Shown here: piece by piece, positions 52,855 through 64,000 of the stretch | How positions within the stretch are numbered: the stretch's first letter is position 1 | Layout of the letters: every line of letters starts with the position of its first letter | NCBI RefSeq assembly: GCF_036321535.1 | Contig: NC_087436.1 | Span: 90,770,001-90,834,000, forward strand | Direction of reading: 5' to 3' | DNA from: Camelus dromedarius | Taxonomy: Eukaryota | DNA: 64,000 nt | Program-made: the position numbers and the translations under genes | Notes under the pieces: model-generated | Seen by the model: the letters and a program-made list of their open reading frames with translations, nothing else | Databases searched by the model: none | Told to the model about the DNA's origin: nothing

Positions 52855-53050
52855 GATTTTCATTCTAGGCATTGTTCAAAGAGGTTTTAAATCATTTAAA
52901 CTTCATAACAATCCTAGGAGGTAAATACTGTTCTATCCTCAATTTACAGGTGAAAAAAAATTGAGGCAGAGAGTGGTTAAAGTAATTTTCTCAAGATCAC
53001 GTGATTTGTAAGTAGTCAAGTTGGAATTTGAACCCCCAGCAGTCACCCCA
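52855..53050 (-). mobile_element. MIR SINE
   Basis: 'cataacaatcctaggaggtaaatactg...tttacaggtg...ttgaggcagagagtggttaaagtaattttctcaagatcac...ggaatttgaaccc'. Confidence 0.88.
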
Positions 53051-56000
53051 CAGATAATTATCATAATCACAGTTTAATACAAAACCAGAAGAAGCAGAGG
53101 GGCCAACTGAAAAGTAATTATTCTTTAACTGCTTACAACTATTTCCTGGCTTTTATGAATTTGATCATGGGCATGTCATTTGACCACACTAGACCTACCC
53201 ATATTCAAAGATAAAGTTGGGTGGCTCTATTTGATGATATATATATGTATATATACTTTCTTTCAGAGCGCATACCTTAGTTTTTACTGTGGTTAAAGGA
53301 ATACATGCCCAAGTGGGAGATTTTTGACTGCTGAAGCTGGCAAGTCTCAGTAATTTCAGGGCACTCATATTTATATTTGAATACAAAACAGCCAAGCACC
53401 AAACACTCTATATTGTATGTTTACTTTAAAACAGATTATTTTAGAATGCTCTTAACTGTGACAGAAATACATTTCCTCCGAGAAACTTTTTAGTTCTTAC
53501 TTTAAGGCAAGAATCTTACAAATATTTATGCCGTGTCCTAAAATGGCATCTCCAAGATTTTATGAGCTATTAAATTTATCACCCAAAGGGACTCAGAATA
53601 AAACCTTCTCCAGTTTACTCGAACTGAGTTTTAAAACCAAAAAATAATGACAAATAAGCATATTTTTCATATCTTCTCATGTATGCACATTATCCCTTCA
53701 TGGACACTAAAAAAGACTAATCTTATCTTTTAAGTTTCATTTTTTTCCCTCAGAATTTATGGTTTCTCTAGGGCTTTTTAAAAAATTCAAAAGTATTTCA
53801 ATTGTATTATTAAACTAAAGTATAATACTGTGCAAATGATGCATAAATTGAAAATTTCTGTGTAACAGTGGTAAATATGTTTATCTGTGTCAAAAAAGAT
53901 GAGCATCATTACACTGGGGTAGAATGTTATAGTTTAAAATTTAATGGACAAGATAATATTGAGAAAGAGGAACAGTAATTTGTATCACAATCTGTAATTG
54001 TACCTTAGTTCAATCTAGTTTTTAACTATTTTTCAGATTTAAGAAAGGATTTGCCCTTACATCACAGAAAATAAATCTTAAAGTACTTGTCTCCATAGAG
54101 AAATTCATATGAGATACTTCAAAGAGGAAGGCTTTTCAAACAAAATTCACTTTTATTCTATTTTGTGGAATTTGATAAATCATTCGTCAGGAGAAGTCTC
54201 CTACAAAAATCTCAAAGGAGAAACTGACACTATTATTTTCAGTAGTCAACAGCTTGACAAGCACCATATAGAAATTATGTTGGCTTCTAGAGTCTTTTAT
54301 AAAGTTGTTTCTAAAACACACATACACACACAAATCACAGCAATTTTATGCTGTGCAGTTGCAGACATGTAAAAAAAATGGTTTTTCCCAAAGGAGGCTC
54401 TTTTTTTTTTTTTTATTAAATGCTACGCCCAATTAAGTTCAGTTAATCATTTTGGTGTAAAATGAGCTGCTGTGGAGTTGTCTTCCCTGAGGGAGTCAGC
54501 AGCTCTCTGGCGTTGAATTAGAAAACAAACAGCTGAAAGCAATCCAACATCATTCCAGCTCCACAAGAATTTTTTTTCTTAATACAAGATCATTTTGCCC
54601 AGCTACCATTGGCTTTTAGTAAGGCTCAAGTGTTTATTTAAACGACAGGATATGATTTGGTTTTTCGAAGTGTTAAATATCCTACAGTACAGGTGCCACA
54701 AAGTAGGAGAGTGGTCTCAGCCACTTACTGCACTAGTGTTTCCAAGAAGCAGTAGCTAGGAAAGGGTGGTCTTAAACAGATTTATCTTGAGTGCAAAGAA
54801 TTTAAATATATATTAATGACAAATGTACTTATTTTTCATTGGTCTCATTTGAACGCTAGGTTTTACATCGATTGTAACAAATAGGCAAACATAAAGCAAT
54901 GTAACATCATTACTAAGAAATTAACACTCTAATAAATAAAAAAAGAAATCAACACTCTTAAAACATTTCAATTATATGCAGCATTTAAAAGATTCCTAGG
55001 CATCTTAATTGTAGTAATCGAAATCATAAGTTGTTCAAGTTACTCCTGAAGAACTCAAGATTGAAGACAAGTTGCATTTTTATTCTAAAAGTGATGGAAC
55101 TGAGTAAGAAAACTGCTCCTTACCATTAAATCTCTAAAATAGCATGTATAGAACTCTTCCAACAAGATAACACATTACTGTACCATGCAGAACGGCAGCA
55201 TTTTTCCTTATAATCCCTACTGTACTATATATAAATACAAATTCATATTATAAAGCAATGCATTATTTCTATGCATGGTCATTTTAAGGAATACAAATTA
55301 GTTATCATGCTTCAAAATGTTCTGATTTCTCACTTTATATTTCTAATGAGCCCAGCAGATGCTGGAACCCTACAAGAATAAATTGTAATTCTTACTGCAT
55401 AAAGGGACTTTCAACTAATACACATTTTCATACTATAATTAACTTTAAATTAGTAAACTAGAATAATCTAGTGTTGTCAGAATTCAAATAACAGCAAAAG
55501 TGGCATAGAATGCAATAAAATAATGGATGTTTACATTTAACTTTGATTTTAAGTCATGTTGTCATGTGAAAATATTTGTAAAAAGTTTCTAGCGCTATCT
55601 GCCAGAAATCTCAAAATTCCTTATTTCATTTCATTAGGTAGTGGCCAGATAGGAGTGCGGGTAATTAGGGAAGTCAGGAGACCTAAAAGTAACATGGCAA
55701 TAGATGAAGGAGGGGCACTTGGGCTAAGACACCTGGACTTATGAATGAATGTGATTCGGACCTGCACACCTGAGTGAGGTGTTGAGGCAGATGAAATAGT
55801 CTCAGAGGCCAACTCTTGAGAAGCAACCAGAAGTCAAGGCACAGAACCTGGGAGTCGCTGCAAACTCTCAGGCATGACTTAGGTGAGGAAGCACATCAAA
55901 AGTTTGTACAGATCCATGTTTTCATGTAAACTGTTTGGCAGCCAGTTCAAGAAAAGGAGACTTATTACAGAAATATAAAAGTTTCTCAGGGAAGCATAGG

Positions 56001-57272
56001 GCAGAATTTCAGCTGAGGCCATTAGAATGGTATGAAACCAATAATTGAAAACTTCAGGAAAAAAAAATCACAAAAATCACTCTGTCTCTCCCCCTCTCCT
56101 CCCCCCACACCTGGCTGCTGCTTTGCTGTACTCTTCTCCCTCTCTGAAAATGACTTTTATCTGCTTTACAGCATTCAGGATAGAAAGTGGTCATCACTAA
56201 CATTCCCCAGCCCATTTTCTCCTTTTGAGAGTGGTGCCTGACTGATTGGAATCACCTGGAGTCAAGTCCTCCTGGAAAAGTCATTGGCTTAAACCAGCTA
56301 TTCAGTTATTTGTGGCTACAAGTTGGGTAACAGGAATGTCTGAGCAGTGAGAGATACTAGAAGTCAAATAAACCACCTGTGATTTCTACAGTTCTGTACA
56401 AAGTAGAACTCGAGAATGCATCCTAGGAAAAAGCTCCAGAATGGTGACAGGAACTGGCAAAAAGTAATTGGGTCTCTTAGTAGGTCTGTAAGTCTGTTCT
56501 GTCAGATTTTGAAATGTTTGAAAGCTAAGACTTACAAACCCACTAAGGACAATCCTTCTGAGTTCTTCAGCAGCTTTTGCAACCCCCGCCCCAAAAAACC
56601 CCACACATTGTCATATTTTCTAGAAACATTTTCTCTAACCATGTTATGTTTCTTTAAGGGAAGATCTTATTTTTATTATCTTTGATAAAATATAACTTTA
56701 AAACTATATATAGTAAACCTACCATTTTTCCATCATGATTTCATTTATTGGTTTTAAGCTAAAAAAAAAAAAAGGCATCATTCATCCAGAGAAATGAAAA
56801 TACTTAACTATTTTAAATTTCTTCTGACACATTTCTTTAAACTTTAGCTCCTGGGAGTCTCAAAACAGAATTTATTGCCCACCTTAAGCAACTGCATAAT
56901 CTAGTAAGCCTATAAATCTATGTTTTGAGTTTCATCCCACTTTGGTGGTTATTCAAATTTAAGTTTTATTTTTTATTTCCATTATATATATTTCCTGTAA
57001 GCCACTTCAGATCTTTTGTCAAAAGAGACAGGTTTTGAGTCAATAGCTTTTTCTTCATTAGAGTAAATCTCATATTTTTTTATAGAAGCCAGTAGAGAAA
57101 AATGATTGATGTAATGTAGTTTTCATGTAAAAGCTTTTAAAAACTGTAATACATCAATTTTATTAAACAAATTGTTTTTATCCTCTCTGTTATGTTCTAC
57201 AGTATGTTCCTTTTTAAAGTTTTTCTTTTTAATGTGTTAGGCAAGGGTAATAGCCAATATTTTCAACAGCCA

Positions 57273-57340
57273 ACTTACCATGCGTCTGCCAATCAGAGCG
57301 GATGCCAGGTGTAGCGGCTGAATCGAGTCTGGGCGGAATT
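57273..57340. promoter_or_regulatory. Promoter-like motif cluster (CCAAT box, GC box) next to a minus-strand splice donor
   Basis: gCCAATcag at 57288-57296, GGGCGG at 57331-57336 and 5 CpG in about 55 bp. The minus strand reads ATG|GTAAGT at 57281-57273. Confidence 0.35.
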
Positions 57341-58154
57341 CTGCTTTGCCAGCTGTTTACCCTTTGGTTGTTAATTTGGGGGTGGTCAGGATGGCCCCTG
57401 GTTACTTTAAGAAGTTTCCTTCTTACCCTTAGGAAATAAGTATGATGTGAAGACACCTGTGGGGTTTGTGATGTTGGTGGTCATTGTGATGTCGGTGATC
57501 TATCATATCTCTTTCACCTTTAAGACTTAAACTTTAAAACATGACATTTATTGCTGGTAAAGCTGGATGCAGTATGTAACTAGAACTCAAGTCAAAAATA
57601 ATTCCCTAAGAGTTCCAGCTGAAGCCTTACCAGTCAGTCATCTGAGGATCCTGGCCTTCCTTTCAACACAGCAAATGCCAAGAACCCAAGAAACGGCAGA
57701 GAAGAGACAAAAGAAAGAAAACAAGTGAGAGTCTGACTGCCCTGAAATGCTCCGAATAGTGTTCTGACTCAGATTTCCCACAGAAATCAGGAACAAGAGT
57801 CAAACTAGAGTAGAAGAGAGCGAGAGATGAGAGGAGAGAACCAAGAAAGGAAGTAACCCAGGCTCAGACTCTCTTTTCCAAATACTATTGGTCACATAGG
57901 TCACCCTTATTTTTGAGAAGAGTAACAAATAAAATCAGAGAAAAAGACACTGATCCCTTTGGGTCAAATGGGAGGCCCCTCTCCTTTAGGTAGGGTTAAT
58001 ACACATCAAAACACATAATAGTTTAGAGCCCCCTGTAACAAAATATGGAGCTAGCATAAACAATATGGCCTCAACTCTTCTGCAAATACATTAAGCTTGT
58101 TAAGTTCCATTGCTAATTCACTAATGTACCTGAGAATTTAAAGCAGCCATTGAA

Positions 58155-58360
58155 CCAGTGTGGAACAGCAGGAAAAATTTACTCTGATCTCGGCAATACT
58201 TCCCTCTCATGACTTCCTCCAATTCAGCTACATAAAGTTAGGCAAACGGCAAAAGCTCTGTGAGCCTCAGCTTTTACATTTATGTGATAAGGGTAATAAT
58301 GCCTCCACTTCAAGAGATAAACTTACGTAAACAAAAAGATAACATTTTATGTAAGGGGCT
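58155..58360 (+). mobile_element. MIR SINE (decayed)
   Basis: 'ctctgtgagcctcagcttttacatttatgtgataagggtaataatgcc'. Confidence 0.7.
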
Positions 58361-58659
58361 AATTACCGAATACTTTGCAAAATTCAAACCCAACGTATTT
58401 CAACTAAGTCAAACAAAAGATGGTGCCAAAATGTGTCAACAGCATGAACCTAATTTACAATCCACTTGGCCTGTCAAGTTTGGAAAATATACACTTCCTA
58501 AAGTTTCTTGGTTCTTTTTGGGAGAGTTCATTTGCATTATGGAAAATTTAAACAGAGAAAGTTAATTAAAATTCTTAAATTTTCTTACCTTTAATTTGCA
58601 TAATCTATATTTTAATGCCACTGAGTAACAAATCTGTATACACATAAATCATAGCCAAT

Positions 58660-58763
58660 CAAGATAACTCTTAAAATAAGATAAAACACTTAAAACAAGA
58701 TAAAAACAAGTCTTAAAACAAGATAAAAACAAGTCCTAAAACAAGATAAAACTCTTAAAACAA
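58660..58763. repeat. Minisatellite, about 5 copies of CTTAAAACAAGATAAAA(ACAAGT)
   Basis: Variable-length units (about 17-23 bp) directly visible. Confidence 0.85.
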
Positions 58764-58779
58764 AATTGAAAAGTGGGAG

Positions 58780-60650
58780 CATTTTTCTTCTTGCCAAGAT
58801 TGAGTAACAGGGATCAGAGTTACCCTCTTAAACTACAAAAAACAAACAAACAAACCAGGGTGGGACAGAGAATGCATAAAACAACAGTTTTAAGTTATTA
58901 AACAGTTTTAACAGTTCAGATATTATGCATCAGGCAATAAGGAAAACGTTTACATGATGCAGCAAGGAAAGGGGAAACCATGGGGAGCTCTGCACACTCC
59001 CTGAGGTCAGCCGAAAGAGCCGGAAGGCAACAAGGGCCATGATAGCTAGAGAGTCATGTAGAGAGCTCCAGAGATTTATGGAGGTTCTCCCCAGAGACTC
59101 CAGCTAGAGAATCATCAGCTCATGCATGTGACGAAATTACCTGGGGCCAGGCAAAGCATTAGAAGGAATTCCTTCAGTCAGCACCAGCGGCATGGAAGAT
59201 CTCAGCGTTCCAACAACATCAAGTAGGCTTACTTCTCAGAAAAGTTCTGTCCTAGTCTGATAAAACTGACCCTATAGAGTAATGATCCACACTCCTACCT
59301 AAGTTCTAAAGCAAGAATCAACAGAAATCAAACTGTTTCCAAGTTAATTAACAATCCCAGAACAAACTCAAGAATATACATATATAGAAGCAAAAAATAT
59401 CCAGTACTTAATAATGTAAAATATTCACTCACTTTTGTTGAGTTTTACTTCCAGGAGCTCAACCAGGTTCTCATGGTAAATATCCGAGGAGAAACCGCTT
59501 TTTCCTTCTGCCAGGGAGAGAAGACGAGGAACCATTTTGAAAGACACCCGAGCACTCTTCTTAACAAGGCCCTCCTGCAGGAGAAGCTAGTTAGAGACCA
59601 GCCAGCTGGGTATCATAGAGCCTAACTACCTGAGGGAGGAGCAAAACCCAGTCAGCTCTAGCCAATCTGTTCCACCTGCTGGGGGCGGGTGGGGAAGAAC
59701 TGAGAGCACTTGGGAAGTTTATAGTCCAGGGGCATTAGCTGGTGATAAAGATAAAATCTTAAAAGACAAGGGAAAAAAGAAAAAGGTTAACAACAGATTT
59801 CTCATTGGAATCCTAGTTAAGCCAGAAAACAGAGAAGCAACACCTTTAAAGTAATGAGGGGAAAAAAAGCCTATCAACTTAGAATTCCATATCATTTTAA
59901 AACAAAGGTAAAATAAAGGCTTTTTCAGACATAAAAGCTCATAAAATTTCATCACCAGCAAGCCTGTATTACAAGAACTATTAAAGGATTTCTGAAGGAT
60001 AATGGTATAAAACATAAATCTGGATCAACACAGAGGAAGGAACAGCACTGGGAGTTGACACTGCTTGGGTAAATACTGAAAGCCCCATATCTATTTTTAA
60101 AATTAAATTTATAACCATAAACCTTCCCACAAAGAAAACTCAAGATCCACATAGCTTCACCATTTTACCAAACATCTAAGGAAGAAGTAATTCCAACTCT
60201 GTGCAATTTCCTTCGGAAAATAGAAGAGAAAACACTAAGTAATTAATTCTATGAAGCCAGCATTAGTGTAATACTTTTAAAACAGTGTAGGAAAAGAAAA
60301 TTACAGTTCAATAACTCATAAAAATTGATGCAAAAATTATTAGCAAATCTTACCAAACTAAATCCAAAAGTATAAAAAGTATGACAGATCATGACCAAAT
60401 CGGTTTATTTTAGGAACTGTACGACTGGTTTAATATTTGAAAATCAATCAATGCAATTTACCATATTAACAGAATGAAAAAGAAAAACCATACGATCATC
60501 TCAATAGATGCAAGAAAAACATCTGATAAAATACAACATTTTTTCCTTCTTAAAAACAAACAAAAATAAACAAGCAAAAACTCTTGGAAAACTATGAACA
60601 AAAAGGGTGATTCTCACCCTGATAAAGGGCATCTATTAAAAAAAACCTGA
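58780..60650 (+). mobile_element. Old L1 5' UTR, ORF1 relic and ORF2 RT-start relic
   Basis: ORF1-like 'ctatcaacttagaattccatatc...ttttcagacataaaagct'. ORF2-like 'aaatcaatcaatgcaatttaccatattaacagaatg...atcatctcaatagatgca' (KSINVIHHIN/IISIDAEK relic). Confidence 0.8.
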
Positions 60651-62275
60651 GAACAAATTTGGATGACTGACATTAACCGACTCTAAGACTTACTGTAAAG
60701 CTACAGTAATTAAGACAGTGTAGTATTGACAAAAGAGTAGACAAATAGATCAGTGAAACAGAAGAGAGAGCCCAGAAATTACTCACATCAATACAATCGG
60801 CTGATCTTTGACAAAGGAACAAAGGCGATTCAGTGGAGCAAAGACAGTCTTCAACAAATAGTTCTGGAACAAATAGATATCCACATGCCAAAAAAAAAAA
60901 AAAAAGGAAAAGAAAAAGAAGAATCATCTAAATACAGACCTTAAATCTTTCACAAAATTTAACTCAAAATTGATCATAGACCTAAATGTAAAATACAAAA
61001 TTATAAAACTCCTGTAAGATAACATAGGAGAAACCTAGATGACCTTGCATATGGTGATGACATTTTATGTATAACACCAAAGACACAATTCATAAAAGAA
61101 ATCATTGATAAGCTGGATTTTATTAAAATTAAAAACTTTGCTCAGTGAAAGACAATGTCAAGAGAATGGAAAGACAAGTCACATACTGGGAGAAAATATT
61201 TTCAAAAAAACACATCTGTTAAAGGACTGTTGTCCAAAATATACAAATAATTCTTAAACCTCAACAGTAAGAAAACAAACAATCCGATTTAAACATGGGC
61301 CAAAAACCTTAACAGACATGTCACCAAAAAAGATAGATTATAAATAAGCATATGAAAAGATGTTTCACAGCATATGTCATCTGGGAAACGCAAATTAAAA
61401 CAACAATGAGATGCCACTGCACACCTATTAGAATGGCCCAACTCTGGAATACTGTCGACACCAGATGCTGACAAGGATGTGGCGCGAAGGAGCACTCATT
61501 CATTGCTGCCAGGAATGCATAAGGCCACAGCCACTTTGGAAGACAGTTTGGAGGTTTCTTATAAAACTAAACATAAAATCTAGTCACAGTACTTAGTATT
61601 CTTTCACTCAAAGGAGTTGAAGACTTATGTCCACACAAAAACCTGCACACAGATGTTTATAGCAGCTTTATTTGCAGTTGCCAAACTTGGAAGCAACCAA
61701 GATGTTTTTCAATAACTGAATGGATAAAGAAATATGGAATTTTATTCGGAACTAAAAAGAAATGAGCTATTAAACCATACAAAGGCATGGAGGAATGCAT
61801 ATTGCTTAAATGCATATTGCTAAGTGGAAGGAGCCAATCTGAAAAGGCTACATACTGTATGATTACAACGAGATGACATTCTGGAAAAGGCAAAACTATG
61901 GAGACAGTAAAATGATCAATGGTTGCCAGGGGTTGGGTAGAGGGAGGGATGAACAAGTTGAGAAAAGAGGATTTTTAGAGCAGTGAAAATACTCTGTATG
62001 ATATGCTGGGTACACGTCATTACACACTTATTCAAACTCATAGAATGTACAACATCAAAAGTGAACCTTAATGTAAAACTATAGACTTTGGGAGATTATA
62101 ACGGATCACTGTAGGTGCATCAGTTGTAATACATGTACCACTCTTCTGGGGGATGCTGAAAATGCCGGAGGCTATGCATGTGTGGGGGCAGGGCGGATAT
62201 GGGTACTCTCTGTACCTTCTCAATTTTGCTGTGAACTTAAAACTGCTCTTACAAATAGTCTTAGTAAAAAAAATA
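60651..62275 (+). mobile_element. L1MC1-like ORF2 3' half plus 3' UTR
   Basis: 'aaagctacagtaattaagacagtg', 'gacattctggaaaaggcaaaactatggagacagtaaaa' and terminus 'caattttgctgtgaacttaaaactgctct' followed by an A tail. Confidence 0.9.
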
Positions 62276-62284
62276 ATAAGTTCT

Positions 62285-63685
62285 AAAAAAGTGAAAGATT
62301 ATGCTAGCTGATATCAAGTATTAAAATAAAGCTACAATAATCAAAATAGTGTACTATTGGTGTCTGTATAGACAAAGAATATAGAATCCAGAATAGATTG
62401 AGTTTTGAAAGAAATGCAAAGGCAGGAGAAAAGATAGTCTTCTCAACAAATGACACATATCTATATTTAAAAAATAAAAAAGAATTATTTCAATCTACAG
62501 CTTAGGCCAAATACAAACAGTAACTCAAATAGAACACAGGCCTAACGGTGAAAACTCAAACTATACAACTTCCAGAAGAAAACATAGGAGAAAATATTTT
62601 TTTGACATTGAATTAGGCAAAGACTTTCCATATAGAAAAAAAATAAATAAATTGGGTCATCATAAGAATTAATAACTTCTGGTCTCTGAAAGACAGTAAG
62701 AGGATAAATAGAAAGGCCAAAGATTAGAAAATAATATTTGCAAATCACATATTTGATAAAGGGTTTATATCCAGATATGTAAAAAATTTTCAAAACTCAA
62801 TAATAAGAAAACAAACAAAATGTTTTAAATTAGGCAAAAGGTTTGAATTAGACACTTAAGAAGATATATGGATGGCAACATGGAAATAAACACAGGGCAA
62901 ATGCCCAACATCATTCATCATAAAGGATATGCAAATTAAGAACCTCAATAGATTACCGCTCAAACCTCAGATGTCTACTACTTCAAAAGACTGGCCATAC
63001 CAAGTGTCGGCGAGAACGGGGAGTAACTGGAGCTCTCCTATACTGCTGGTACAAATGGGAAATAGCCAACAAATCCAGAAAAGCTTGGAAATTTTAAATA
63101 AATTTGTGTGTATGCCTGTCATATCTAACAGCTATTTCCAAGAAAACCAGATCGTATGTTCACAAAAATATTTGTGCACGTAAACATAAACATTGTACCC
63201 TAGTGTTCATAGCTGCTTTGTTGGTAATCATCAACAAAAACTGGAAAACCGTACAAATGACCATCCACGGATGAAAGGATGAACTGTAGGGTATCTATAC
63301 CCTGGACTATTACACAGCAGTACAACCAAATGAACTACTGACCTATGAAGCAAAATGAATGAGTCTCAAAATAATTATGTCCAATAAAGGAAGCCATACA
63401 AAAAAGAACTCCTACTAGAATGGTGTAATATTCTAGGAAGTATAAACTAGAATACAGTGACAGAAGTATCAGGATTGCCTGGGGGTGGGGTGGGAGTGGA
63501 AAGGTGTTAGCAAGAGAGGGTGATCACAGAGGGACAGGAGGAGACTTTGGGGATATAGAATATGCTCATTATATTAATTGTGGTGATGGTTTCACAGTAC
63601 ATACATTCATCAAAACCTATAGAATTTGTATACTTTAGAGCTTACTATATCTCAATTATAATTCAATAAAGCTGTAAAAAAGGAA
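62285..63685 (+). mobile_element. Older L1 (L1MC4/MD/ME-like) ORF2 3' half plus 3' UTR
   Basis: 'taaagctacaataatcaaaatagtg', 'ttgcaaatcacatatttgataaaggg' and terminus 'attgtggtgatggtttcac...tcaataaagctgtaaaaaa'. Confidence 0.85.
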
Positions 63686-64000
63686 GAAATAAAGCATACA
63701 ATAGGATAAGATGTGATTAACTGTGCTGATTAATTTTTTTATTAAAAAACAAAAGACATAATACTATCTTTTAACTCATCATTTATTTTTATTAGGGAGA
63801 TTCAATATAATAGTGTTTAACATATTTTTAGTAACTTACATTTGGCATACTTCAATACTTGATGTGAAGGTATGAATTACTGACTTTAAAATAAGAAATA
63901 TTCAACTCAGAATTTTTATTTAAAATTCTCTTGGAGCCAGAATTTTGATAAATTTAAAATTGTGAATTTTTCATAATAATGTAGGAAAAGTGATTGCCAA

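Noticed and set aside
1..64000. Novel multi-gene system, CRISPR array, tRNA/rRNA or intact retroviral genes
   Set aside because: No long non-L1 ORFs, repeat-spacer arrays, structured RNA gene signatures or paired LTRs were seen.

Overview
This is AT-rich, CpG-depleted mammalian genomic DNA that reads as intronic or intergenic. It is dominated by decayed transposable elements, identified by eye from recalled consensus sequences, so subfamily names are tentative: L1 of several ages, L2, MIR, MaLR/ERVL/ERV1 solo LTRs, a Tigger-type MITE and MER20. Cetartiodactyl-type young L1 3' UTRs, with no Alu, Bov-tA/BovB, PRE1 or CHR-2 that I could recognise, suggest a camelid (inference). I cannot support any cellular protein-coding gene, RNA gene or CRISPR array. 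The only recognisable protein is the C-terminus of L1 ORF2p (38286-38960). The clearest structural finding is a young L1 at 38120-39276 whose 12-bp target-site duplication closes about 150 bp beyond its own tail, the signature of a 3' transduction. There are also two small non-repeat CpG-retaining patches with minus-strand splice signals (about 43.5 kb and 57.3 kb), which could be exons or a promoter of an unrecognised transcript. I see no evidence of a novel multi-gene biological system.
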